Sequence record: PV796108.1
Reading direction: 5' to 3' (one strand)
Length of the DNA: 64,000 nt
Both the position numbers and the translations under genes were made by a program. Numbering within the stretch: the stretch's first letter is position 1; the number at the start of each line of letters is the position of its first letter. Shown one piece after another: positions 47,401 through 57,900 of the stretch. The notes under the pieces are model-generated. The model did no database searches. It was given only the letters and a program-made list of their open reading frames with translations, and was not told the origin of the DNA.

Positions 47401-50400
47401 GCGAATCGAAGTTTCGTCCTAAGAAATACATATCCGTTGTTGTATTACCATCAGTCCATACCATTGCACTTAATGTGTATTCCGTATCAGGATTAACTCT
47501 TACTCTAGTAGATGAAGCCGTCTTCTCTGCCGTTACAGTATTTCGAATCGTAAAGATATTCTCTCTCCAGTAGTCTGAGTTGTCCACTGATAACGTTCCA
47601 GCGCTAGACCAATCTTTTAGATTGATAGGATTAGAAGAGTTACGAATTAAGTTACGTCCACCCACATTGATATTATCAATTGTGTACAGCGTATCTGCTG
47701 GACTAGGAGACCATTCAGTAGCAACATTACCACGTTCTACTTTTATCTTAGCAATAGAAATACTGCCATTCTTTGTAATCCAAAGATAGAAGTAAGGATT
47801 CTTTAATGTAACATCTCCACAAGCTGCTGTCCCAACATACTTAATCCACTTACCCGTTGGAGTATCTTTTGTAATAGACTTGAATGGGAATGAATTCACA
47901 TTCGACCCATTAGGGTTTATTCCTTTAATTTCAATACCCATACCCTCATCTAAAGTTGTATTGATTTTATACCAGAATGAAACAGTAATATAATCGCCTT
48001 TATAAAACTCCTGAATACCTGCTTGTGCTTTTAAGTCCTGAGACATACCTTTCCAGACTGAACTTGTAGCACCAGAAGAATGTAGAGTTGCAAACCTTCC
48101 ATATTGCGGGTCAGTTCCCATCACAGCATCAGCAATGCCAGCGTTAGCCCAAAGTTCTTTACCTCTGAAGTAATCACTATTGTTAATAAGGTTTGTTCCA
48201 CCGAATTGTGTATTAGCAATCTCAGCTCTAGCCTTATCAGAGATGTAGCTATTAAAGGAAACATCACCTTGGAAGTTAATATTTTTCGCTTCAATCTTAA
48301 TTGCTTCAGGAGTTAAGTTGATTGCAGATACTAATGTTGTACCATCTACTACATCTTTTCCACCAGATTGCTTAACTATTAATCCAATTCGATTAGATGT
48401 CTGCTCAATAGATGTTTGCATTTCTGTAGCCATAGTAGATAGAGGAGAATTGATTCCTTGAGGAACACCATTTTGAATCAATGAACTTACTTCAGCATAT
48501 GGTGCATCAATTGCATTTGGCATAATAGATTCAAGACCATTACCACGACCAATACCTGGAATACCAATAAGAGCTTGTGGTATACGTTGGTCATTAACAA
48601 CCTTACCAGAACCACCACATCGAGCTATTGCATCAGCGAGCTTTTGGTTTGTATAGGCAGAATCTTGTGTAGTGATTAAAACAATTACGTCATCTTTCAA
48701 TGAGTTTAATTTATCAGCCATTGCATCTCTATCTGGTACACTACCATGAGTATCATATGTCTGAGTAAACGTAACAGACAAATCAGAACGTCGTAATATC
48801 ATCAGGCAATGCCCACGTCCATTATTAGGTGTAACATCTTTATTGTTTAACACAACCATTCTACCAGCAGGTCTGTTTTGTCCAGTACCTTTTAAATAGA
48901 CACGTCCTGAATTTACAGCCGTTTGTGTTTCTGTGATCGTAGAATTTAATTTACCATCAAAAGCTTGAAATTGTTGAGTAACTGTAGACTTATACTTCTC
49001 TAATGCTTGAACAGTATCTTCAGGGTTTGGAGACCAACTAGATGCTTTGTTTCCTTCTTCTAATTGAATGGATACAAATGAATAAGTACCCGTTGCGGTT
49101 GCACCACTTCTACCTAAATATACTGTTTCATTTGCAGATGTAGGAGTATAAGTAAGAACAAGTTTCTCCCATTGATTGTCCTTTGTTCCAATGACAGTAT
49201 TGTATTTGCTATTATTATTAACCATTAGAACTGGACGAAGTGTTGAACCAGTTTTACACCACACCCATGCAGATAAAGTATGAGGAACACCAGGCGTTAC
49301 CTTTACAGACTGCATAACACCTTGGTTCACATTATCTACTTCCATACTAATACAAAGAGGAGAGTCTTGTATTGTCCCTTGCGTATCAACCCACAATTTA
49401 ACTGGAGTTCCCCACTGACTCCACTCAGCCATTGTTCCATCTAAAAAAGCACTATTGCGAATAATGTTTCTTCCACCAATAACCATAGAGTTAAGCTGGC
49501 TATCAGCATAGTCTTTGCTTACTTGAGTAGAGTCATTGATCGCATCTACAGTATCCTCAGGAGCTTCAGTCCAATCTGTCGCTTTACTTCCTGATTCCAA
49601 CTTAAATGAATGGAAATAGAATGTAGTAGCAGTACCATCTTTTTGATAATATATAGCATTGGAATGATACTGACCTGTAGTATTCGCTTTAAATGTGTAC
49701 GTAAACTTTTGCCATGAAGTTGTAACTCCATTAGCAGACTGACCGCCATTCTCAGAGCCTATTGTGATTGTGCAATTACGGCTAGCTTTTATATAAACAG
49801 ACCATGTATATGTTTCACCATTCTTTAGAGGCTGAACAGATGCCCTGTGTACACCACCTGAAATAGTTCCATCCATTGTTACTACCATAGCTTTTCCACT
49901 AATTGCACTAGGCTCATTTGAAATTACAACAGCCTTAGCATTGTTCCAGTTCCATCCTGAAATACCAGAAGGAAAACCTGTTTTAGCAATTAAGTTTCTC
50001 CCACCAACTTGAATGTCATCCATTCGAGAGTACATATCAGCTGGATTAGGTTGCCATGCAGTTAATGTATTACCTTCTTCTAGTTTCATGTTGCGTAAAT
50101 AAGATGTAACACCTAATGTGTTCAGTTCTTGATGATAAATAAAAGGAGTAAATTCTGTTTCACCAGTTGCTACAGTTTTGATTCGAAGAACAATCTTCTC
50201 CCATGTATTAGCAGTTGCTGTAGTTTTAGATAGCAACCACTTACCAGCACTATGAACATTCTCTCCGTTTCTAGTCCAACAATGTAATGGAGCAGATTCA
50301 TTCACAACCATATCTTTACTAAACATAACTTCCGCACTAAAGATGTATTCTGTGCTAGGTTTTAGTTTGTATAAGACGTGGCTCCATTGTTTATATGAAC

Positions 50401-51088
50401 CTACACCTTTAATAACTTTATCTCCATCTTTGTCTACTACTTCTATAGATGTACCTGAGTTTAATTCCCAGTACTTTGTATTGAGGAAGTCACCACTATT
50501 AAATAGAATGTTACGACCACCAACTTGCATATTATCTAACTTATCTTTAACCTCTTTAGGGTTATATCCGCTTTCGAACTGAGTAGTATTGTCAATACGT
50601 AAAGCATCAGCACGGATTGCTAGCTTACCATCCTTTGTGAAGAAGATACCTTTCACACGGTCATCACCAGTTAAGACACTCCATGTATTCGTTGCGTCAG
50701 CAGGTGGCTTACTTCCTGTTATCTTATTGTAGTCTGGAGCAGTTACCTTATCCCATACAATGGAACCGCCAACCATATTAATGTTACCTTTGATAACTAA
50801 ATTACCATCGACATCAGCATTCATTAGTATTTCGTTCGTATCTTTCTTTTTAAACTCAATACCTTTAGAAGCTGCCAGTGTTAAAACGTTCTTAGAACTG
50901 ACAACGGTAATGCCATTAGTAGCATCTATCTTTACACCATTGTAATCTTGACTTATTTGAACGGAGTTTCCAGCCTTATCCCACGTATCTTTATTATTTG
51001 TAATCGTATCGTTAGAGTATTTGCCAAGTTCTAGGTTAACGATTTCAGTTGATTCTTTATAGTCATTCCAAAGAGTTAACTTTGCCAC
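44462..51088 (-). CDS. large tail fibre/receptor-binding protein A (2208 aa)
   Basis: repeated GGRNLI.NS...K.E.G..AT.W.P.PED carbohydrate-binding-like modules, ILEI/PANDER-like domain, beta-helix-like region, poly-Pro hinge; GTG start with RBS aggtga. Confidence 0.85.
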   Translation of the reverse strand: MAKLTLWNDYKESTEIVNLELGKYSNDTITNNKDTWDKAGNSVQISQDYNGVKIDATNGITVVSSKNVLTLAASKGIEFKKKDTNEILMNADVDGNLVIKGNINMVGGSIVWDKVTAPDYNKITGSKPPADATNTWSVLTGDDRVKGIFFTKDGKLAIRADALRIDNTTQFESGYNPKEVKDKLDNMQVGGRNILFNSGDFLNTKYWELNSGTSIEVVDKDGDKVIKGVGSYKQWSHVLYKLKPSTEYIFSAEVMFSKDMVVNESAPLHCWTRNGENVHSAGKWLLSKTTATANTWEKIVLRIKTVATGETEFTPFIYHQELNTLGVTSYLRNMKLEEGNTLTAWQPNPADMYSRMDDIQVGGRNLIAKTGFPSGISGWNWNNAKAVVISNEPSAISGKAMVVTMDGTISGGVHRASVQPLKNGETYTWSVYIKASRNCTITIGSENGGQSANGVTTSWQKFTYTFKANTTGQYHSNAIYYQKDGTATTFYFHSFKLESGSKATDWTEAPEDTVDAINDSTQVSKDYADSQLNSMVIGGRNIIRNSAFLDGTMAEWSQWGTPVKLWVDTQGTIQDSPLCISMEVDNVNQGVMQSVKVTPGVPHTLSAWVWCKTGSTLRPVLMVNNNSKYNTVIGTKDNQWEKLVLTYTPTSANETVYLGRSGATATGTYSFVSIQLEEGNKASSWSPNPEDTVQALEKYKSTVTQQFQAFDGKLNSTITETQTAVNSGRVYLKGTGQNRPAGRMVVLNNKDVTPNNGRGHCLMILRRSDLSVTFTQTYDTHGSVPDRDAMADKLNSLKDDVIVLITTQDSAYTNQKLADAIARCGGSGKVVNDQRIPQALIGIPGIGRGNGLESIMPNAIDAPYAEVSSLIQNGVPQGINSPLSTMATEMQTSIEQTSNRIGLIVKQSGGKDVVDGTTLVSAINLTPEAIKIEAKNINFQGDVSFNSYISDKARAEIANTQFGGTNLINNSDYFRGKELWANAGIADAVMGTDPQYGRFATLHSSGATSSVWKGMSQDLKAQAGIQEFYKGDYITVSFWYKINTTLDEGMGIEIKGINPNGSNVNSFPFKSITKDTPTGKWIKYVGTAACGDVTLKNPYFYLWITKNGSISIAKIKVERGNVATEWSPSPADTLYTIDNINVGGRNLIRNSSNPINLKDWSSAGTLSVDNSDYWRENIFTIRNTVTAEKTASSTRVRVNPDTEYTLSAMVWTDGNTTTDMYFLGRNFDSPKEYDFAHEYAPRNIPAKTWTRIIYTFRTNANEREGYVRFDNNGFAGASAISFRQVKLEAGNRATDWSPAPEDATDAIFDVSTSLNNRGSAWDTARDLVNVWKGDAISGTTYIKGGLIQTNTITADKIAISDFTNYVTNPQFSEGTNIGWSANVTVVQNTIGAPTKYVGRTQQRDSYGDQYFSVQSTDKFFVSMDVYTTDSTLPIGIGMHFTDTDYQNPQWRSIYQAPTAGKWVRVSGEIAVPNDIVRRARPFVQINGTANFGNWYFTNVEIRRKNSGELIVDGSIKTNHIVVNAINSTHIQSNAINASHIQSGTITTNELSVLAKDLVNNFSNTGTLEGYSIGAGGTISVVNDPKGQYGKVLKMTTANDLQIYSSLFEVNTSKTYRVKVSAYMPNTTPTARIYFGVMAYNANKQAIGMKWFNYSNRNFEGGFNSTNPYFLVGTAGAKYDNWRDMESLLLPATSTDPDLIGRGLNTDTAYAMHPDTRYVAIRFFHHYSQTASLDSYWAHPSVTDIDSGIFTFDQAQGGTLRLGTSTGNGFLQVVKKGGNGQTETVGQIDETGAYFPRIQADVIVGGVVGIDKTVGQVFFDSINGNDNNAGTRGAPKRNMQAYIDQMGKYVPNKIEIIQLNGNIDSPIFLSGFMGPGSITVRSDNSGSRKTINSGIVVNGVLCQLYIQHFIMQATDRTMAETGTDSLINITGSPNVDIWYCKLYCNKKVEMGVTGVRFSYVRAVAIEIYDAKARAFSIIYNANAYIKDCKGGRNPYSILVSDFSIVQGEGTRPDGSVTRWANAYVGGYMGDGLSWRNDIWTVDYGEATPPPPPPPSEYVREWSSQGGQNWSANGYWDDEIYVKQGTWGYGNRTGVWWFSSDLANTLRGKTIIDAQLYITRYGKGGNSGAREARIVAHQYADGRPPNNPLVSGEYVTDWFSWGEGKWVNVTGFVQNKIANGVDRGFGLKYDGSSANYMAFLPEAKLWVKYK

Positions 51089-51119
51089 AATCTATCACCT
51101 ACTTTCATATTTTTATATA

Positions 51120-51147
51120 GAAAAAAGAGAGCATTTCTGCTCTCTTT
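51120..51147 (-). terminator. intrinsic terminator overlapping promoter start region
   Basis: AAAGAGAGCA-gaaa-TGCTCTCTTT-TTT. Confidence 0.75.
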
Positions 51148-51176
51148 AACGTAACCATACATTCCCAATACGTCAA
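51148..51176 (-). promoter_or_regulatory. putative promoter, class 1 (TTGACG-N17-TACGTT, spacer ends ATGGT)
   Basis: upstream of fibre A. Confidence 0.65.
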
Positions 51177-51198
51177 CACATAGTGTAAATTTACACCA

Positions 51199-51345
51199 CT
51201 AAGCGTAAAGATTTGGGTTTTTTGGAGTTGCAATGATGAAGTCTGCTTCAGGTTCAGTGATGAACTTAGCTTTTGCATACTGACGAACTTGTTGCTCTTC
51301 TTTAATCTTGTCTACAATCCACATGTTCAAGATAAATTGATACAT
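51199..51345 (-). CDS. XkdX-like small tail-fibre assembly protein
   Basis: MYQFILNMWI...FITEPEADFII; RBS aaggagg. Confidence 0.75.
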   Translation of the reverse strand: MYQFILNMWIVDKIKEEQQVRQYAKAKFITEPEADFIIATPKNPNLYA

Positions 51346-51454
51346 CAGAAAGCCTCCTTTTATATAGCTTCGTGTTGTCTTTGGCCCTAGACTAATGATG
51401 ATTAAAATAATTCTCTTCATGCATGACGTGAACTTACCATTTCAATCTGACACA

Positions 51455-51483
51455 AATGTAACCATTTCATATATAAGTGTCAA
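51455..51483 (-). promoter_or_regulatory. putative promoter, class 1 (TTGACA-N17-TACATT, spacer ends ATGGT)
   Basis: directly after XkdW-like stop codon. Confidence 0.65.
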
Positions 51484-51488
51484 TGGTA

Positions 51489-51875
51489 TTAATTTGGTAA
51501 ATTCATCTTCTGTAACATCGAAATCATATTCATCATTTGAATTACAGTATCCTCTGTATTATTGATACGATTTTGTAATTCATTGTTCTTTTGTTCGAAC
51601 TTATCTCTCTCTTTCTTCATTGCTTCTAACTCTTCTTCTATTGTCATTTTGTTAACAATAAAGTCTTTAGATAAGTCTGCGGCTCTGATTTCATCTGTTA
51701 TTAATGCATCAATTTCTATTTCATAATCATCAGCAAGAACAATACATCTTCCTTCTGTAAAGGACATCATTGCCTGATTTGTTCTTACTTCGTTACCTAC
51801 AATCTCTATGATGGTTACGCCTTTTTCTACATATTCAACTTTATCTTTTTCTCGTGTTAAATAGACTAATTGCAT
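51489..51875 (-). CDS. XkdW-like tail-fibre chaperone with C-terminal coiled coil
   Basis: start MQLVYL (RBS gaggtg); precedes XkdX-like gene. Confidence 0.6.
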   Translation of the reverse strand: MQLVYLTREKDKVEYVEKGVTIIEIVGNEVRTNQAMMSFTEGRCIVLADDYEIEIDALITDEIRAADLSKDFIVNKMTIEEELEAMKKERDKFEQKNNELQNRINNTEDTVIQMMNMISMLQKMNLPN

Positions 51876-51894
51876 ACTAGCACCTCTTTTATAA

Positions 51895-51915
51895 ATAGAG
51901 GGCCGAAGCCCTCTT
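51895..51915 (-). terminator. hairpin after fibre B stop codon (probable leaky terminator)
   Basis: AGAGGGC-TTCG-GCCCTCT followed by ATTT. Confidence 0.55.
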
Positions 51916-54900
51916 ATTTGTACTTCACCCATAACTTGGCTTGTGGTAAGAATGCCATATAGTTTGCAGATGAGCCATCGAATTTTAATCCGAAACCTTT
52001 ATCTACACCGTTAGCAATTTTGTTTTGTACAAAGCTTGTAACGTTAACCCATTTACCTTCACCCCAGCTAAACCAATCAGAAGTATATTCACCAGATACT
52101 ATTGGGTTATTGCCAGGTCTACCATCAGCATATTGGTGGGCTACGATACGTGCTTCACGAGCACCAGAGTTTCCGCCTTTACTATATCGAGTGATATATA
52201 GTTGGGCATCAAGAATAGTTTTACCACGTAATGTATTTGCTAAGTCGCTTGAGAACCACCAAATACCAGTACGGTTACCATAACCCCATGTACCTTGCTT
52301 AACGTAAATCTCGTCATCCCAGTATCCGTTTGCCGACCAGTTCTGTCCGCCTAAAGAAGACCATTCACGAACATACTCAGATGGTGGTGGCGGTGGTGGA
52401 GGAGTAGCTTCACCGTAGTCTATTGTCCATACATCGGAACGCCAGTTAACACCATCACGATTATAACCACCGACGTAAGTGAATCCCCAACGAGCAATAG
52501 AGCCATCCCATCTCGTAGCTGAACTTCCGTTGTCTACATTGTAATCACCTTGCACCCAAGCATAATCCGATGTAAGAATTGCAATCGGGTTTCTTCCGCC
52601 TTTGCATCCCCATCCTACCCATGCCCCAGAATTGTAGATAACAGATAGACCACGATTTTTCACATCGTAAATTTCTGTGTAAGTTACACGAGCAAATCCT
52701 CCACGTACAACACTAATACCCATATCAACTTTTTTGTTGGCATAAAGCTTACAGTTGTAAATATCAACATTTGTAGAAGCCCAAACATAAACACATGCAT
52801 CTGTTCCAGGTGCAGTAAAGTTGTCCTTACCTTGGAATATCCAGTGTTGTAAGTATAGATTACATGTAACGCCATATACAACGAAGTTACCATAAGCATT
52901 TCTTTTTACAGAATCAGCTCCACCAATAGTCATTGTGCCTGGACCAAAGAATCCTTTGATAATTAAAGGTGCATCTATTTGCCCATTCTGCAACCATATA
53001 CCTATACGCTCACTTAGATATTTACCTATACCATCCAAATAAGATTGTATGTTTCGTTTTGGACTAGCTTTTGTTCCAGGGTTATTGTCATTACCATTTA
53101 CAGAGTCAAAGTAAACGTCTCTACCTTCCATCTCCATACCAATTATATTTCCTATAAACTGGTCGGCTTGGATTTTAGGGAAATATGCACCTGTTTCATC
53201 AATCTGTCCAACAGTCTCTTGTTGACCTTGTGTTCCTTTTTTAACTACCTGTAGGAATCCGTTACCAGTATCAGTACCAAGTCGAAGTGTACCACCGACT
53301 GCTTGATCGAATGTAAACATCCCACTATCAGTAGCAACAACAGATGGATGAGCATAATACGAATCAACATTTGCTTTCGGATAGTGATGGAAGAAACGAA
53401 TTGATAGATACCTAGTATCAGGGTGCATAATCAAAGCAGTGTTTGTATTTAATGGACGACCAACCTGTTCAGCTTTACTAATTGTAGTTGGTAACACTAA
53501 TGCTTCCATGTCTACCCACTCAGTGAACTTAGTACCTGCTCCACTCAAGTAGAAGTATGGGTTTGTTGTAAAGTAATCAGAATCGAATATGCCTGATGCA
53601 TAATCAAATTGCTTCATACCGATTAGTGTTTTGTTTGCATTGTAAGCTAAAACACCAAAGTACAATCTTGTTGTTGCTGTAGGACTAGGCATGTATGCAG
53701 ATACTTTTACTCTATATGTTTTACTGGAGTTAACCTCAAACATTTGTGAATAAATCTGCAAGTCTGCTGCTGTTGTCATTTTCATTACCTTGCCATACTG
53801 TCCTTTTGGGTCATTCACAATACTGATTGTTCCGCCAGTACCAATCGTATAACCTTCTAAGCTATTCGTATTAGAGAAGTTGTTTACAAGGTCTTTAGCT
53901 AGTACAGATAATTCATTCGTAGTAATAGCTCCAGCTTGAATGTGTGTTGCATTAACCGCATTCGTTTGAATGTGCCCTGCGTTCACACTATTAACTGCTA
54001 AGTTCTCTGCTGTAATCGTACCATTAACAAGTAATGAACCTGAGTACATTTTACGAAGTTCAATCTGTCTCATGTAATAGAAACCTGTTGTACTACTATC
54101 TTTCTCTGAGAAGAACTGTACACGTTTGATAGTTTTACCATCAGTTGGTTCAGCTGTAATAGTTAATTTAGCTTCAATCAATCCATACGTTGTTGTCATT
54201 GGGAAACCAACAATACCAGCATTTGTCCATGTACCATCAGTGTAATGGTATCGAACAATAAAGTTTACGTTCATGCTAGTTTCTTTATAACCATAGCAAG
54301 CTAGATAATATTGGTCTTTTACTTTGAACTCCATTGTGTTTGCATCTGCAAACGTAGCAGTAGCATAAGCTTGTTGACCAATCTTGATGTATCTCTTTGT
54401 TCCAATAGTTACAACAGTATATGGAAGATTATCTCTATCTTCATTAATACTAGATAGGTTGGTGAAATCACCGATTGCAATCTTATCTGCTAAGATCGTA
54501 TTCGTTTGAATTAATCCACCGTTGATTGTTGTCTTACCATTTTGTGCTGCACCTTTCCAACTATCAACCAAAGTAGAAGCATTCGACCAAACTGATGATT
54601 TCTGGTCTAACAATACTTTAGAGTCGTAAGCCTTTATTTCTTCACTTGTAGCTGGTCTTGTAATAACAGAATCGAAGTACAATACGTTTGCTGCTAGAGC
54701 GCTATCAATCGTACCCCAAGATGCCATTGGATAAACACCGTACCCTCCATGGTCAGCATTTGTAGGAACTTTAAATACCTTGGAAACTGTATACCATTTA
54801 TTCAGAACTGGATTTGGAACAACATCTTTAAATTTAAAGACACTATCATAATAGATAGATGATTTGTCAGCTCTCCAGTGTCGGAATAAAATACCAGCTG

Positions 54901-57900
54901 GATTAATAGAACCACTTTCTAATTTAAATGTTGCTTCAACATAAATATATTCATAGAATGGTTTATCCCATGCATAGATATTGAAGTATCCATTAGCTCC
55001 TGCTGTTGTTGTAAATTTAACAGAGTTGCCATTTCCATTTGGAGAAGCGATTTTAGCAGGTGCTGGACCGACTAAACCTGAATACCCATTTGGCAATTGA
55101 CCTGTCCAATCTGCAAAATTATAGTTTCTATTGAAATAACTAGATTCATTAGAGGAGATGACGTTTGTATAGTCTTTTGCATTTTGTTCAGCTGTAGCAA
55201 TCTGAGCATCGACATCACCGATAGATGGTTTCCATGCAGTCATCTTATCTCCTTTTTCAAACTGCATACCAGTTAAATATAATATGCCAGCTGTTGGAGT
55301 TTTAGATGCACCGAAGTATAAACGAGCATATTGGGTTTTAAACTCTACTGTAATAGAAAGTCTATGCCATTTTTTATCGTTATAATAACTTGAATCCATC
55401 TGTCTGATGTCATAAGTTAAAGTTGAATTTCCATCTCGCATACCTAGTGATAGGTTAGATGATTCTGATTTCATATACGCAGAGATTGTATATTTACCTG
55501 GCTCAACTACTAAGTCTATATACGCCCAGCAATCTGTATCTGCTTTTGTTTCCATTCGAATGCCTTTAGAGAATCCATTTAAATCTGTTATGTTTTGGAT
55601 TGCGTTATTGGCATTCATTGATAGAAATGGAGCTAGTGAACCAGAAGCCAAGTTAGAGTTGTCTAAATAGTTAAGCGCTCCAACTTCCATATCGTCCATG
55701 TAAGAGTAATAATCTTCAGGAGCTGGTGCCCAAGCTGTTGCTTTATTACCAACTTCTACTTTTAGATTGTTTACACGAATCCATGCATATCCATTTGAAC
55801 CAGTTAAATCCCTGCCCGTTCGACCAGCTATCAATAAGCAAGCTTTCTTGTCATCACGATTTGGAATGAATGAGTAGCTAACATTGTAGTAGTTTGTAGA
55901 AGAGCCATTTGCAATTGGAGTTGCAATAGGGAAGTCTGTCGTTCTTACTGTAGGAAGACCTTGGTTGTTTCCACCATCACTGTACATTAGATACAAGTAA
56001 TCAAGAGTATTGTTTAACTCACTTGTAGCAACAACCATAGAAACGGTATATTCTATACCTTTCTTGACTTCAAATGTTCTACCGTATCCGACCATACCAA
56101 CAGCTGTGTTTGCTGGAACGACTTGTTGTTTACCGTCAATAATACTTTCCATCTTCAAGAAGTTGAAGTTATTCCATGAATCCCACACAACTGAAACTGA
56201 TGTTGGTGAAGCACTCCATTTCTGCCATCCATTAACGGTATTAAACATTGTGCCAGTAACCATATTACGAACACCGATATTTACTTTACCAATTTCATTC
56301 TTTACATAGTTACCATCTACCTTGTTATTAATTGTATTAGCAGTAGTAGTATCAAACGCTGAGAATGTCACCTTACCTTGAAGCTCAATGTTTTCAAAAC
56401 GAATCTTAGCGTCGGCTGGAGTTAAGTTGATTTGTCCAATGATCGCTCGACCATCAACAACTTTATTGCCACCTTCTTGTTTTAAGATAACATCAATACC
56501 TTTAGATGTTTGCTCAACAGAAGTCATTCTTTTCTCCATAGCTTGCTTGTCTGCTGTATAAGTAGTGCCTTCTACTTTACTAGAAATCTTACCGTCCATT
56601 ACAGAGAAGTTTGTGTTTACTGTATTTACATAGCGACCAGTATTTACAGGAATAATGAAACCTTTATCTGTCTCCTGATATGTTCCTGATTTCGCACTAT
56701 CAAATAACGGAGTCCAGTTACGACCATCTACAGACACTTCAGTCTTTGTTTCTTTATAAATACGATTATCATTATAGTAACGCCATACTTGAATGAAATC
56801 TAAGTCATCGTAGATTTTAGTTAAGTCTATTTGCACAAATCTAGGATTGGTACCAGAAGAAGCAACCTCACCATAGTTTCCAGAAGTTAAATTTTCATTT
56901 GTAATATTAGATAATGGATTTGTTGTTGAAGCGACACCGTTTGTAACAACAACCATTCTTGATGCTACGTTTGTTCCATTACGCATAGCTTTAATTTGAA
57001 CCCAGTGGTTTACATCGTTCTTGTCACTACCTCTAGACCAGTCACGAATATAACGTACTTTTACAATATCACTTCTGTTAGATGCGGCAATTGCTTCTTG
57101 CTCTTGTTCTTCTGGAGCAATAGAGAATGATGTTGCTTTATTTCCATCCTCCCATTTTACATTTCGAATCCAACCTTGAGCTTCGGGGTTTGCTGATACT
57201 TGCGCTCCATAGAAGTAAAAATTAATTGGTTTTGTTAAATCAAATTTGTCATCTACTTTGAATGTGAATGAAGCTTTCTCCCATGTATTTATTGCAGATG
57301 GACCTACATGCCAAATATAATCACGGAATTGTCCTGTTGTTGATCCAACTGGAGTATGATGGAAACCTGCGCTTAGTTTATAGTTAACATCGTCTGTCAT
57401 CATTTCAAAACTAATTGTGTATTCCTTACCACCTTCAAACTTCATTTGTGCAAGTCTCTCAGGAGAAATCCATTGTGAGAATCCTAACCATCTATTCTTC
57501 ATGTCAAACTGATTGTTCTTATTAATAAATTCGAGAACAGGATATCCGAATTTAGAAGTATTTAAGTGGGCGTGATAACCAACAGTAGGATTTGTTGTGC
57601 CACTATTGTAACCATTAGACCACGGCTGATTTGGAGTTAATAATCCATTCAGACTTTCATCCCAACCTATCGTTCCAGGTAGTACTTCATTGTAATAACG
57701 GAAGTCTCCGTTGAACAAATAGTTTCGAGCTGCACCAATATTGATACCATCTACTGAGTCTTTAATAGATTCAGCTATATCTTCTTTTGATACTCTATGT
57801 TCCGATGGTTTAGAACCTTGTTCAAACATAGGCAATGCGATATAAGCCGTACCGTTTTTCCATACTCGACAACAAACACGAACCTTCGTAGTACCCTCTG

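Noticed and set aside
44462-52410. Diversity-generating retroelement (template/variable repeat pair) in the duplicated fibre C-termini
   Set aside because: Mismatches are synonymous third-position changes of all base types, not adenine-specific; both copies are in full genes; no reverse transcriptase in the window
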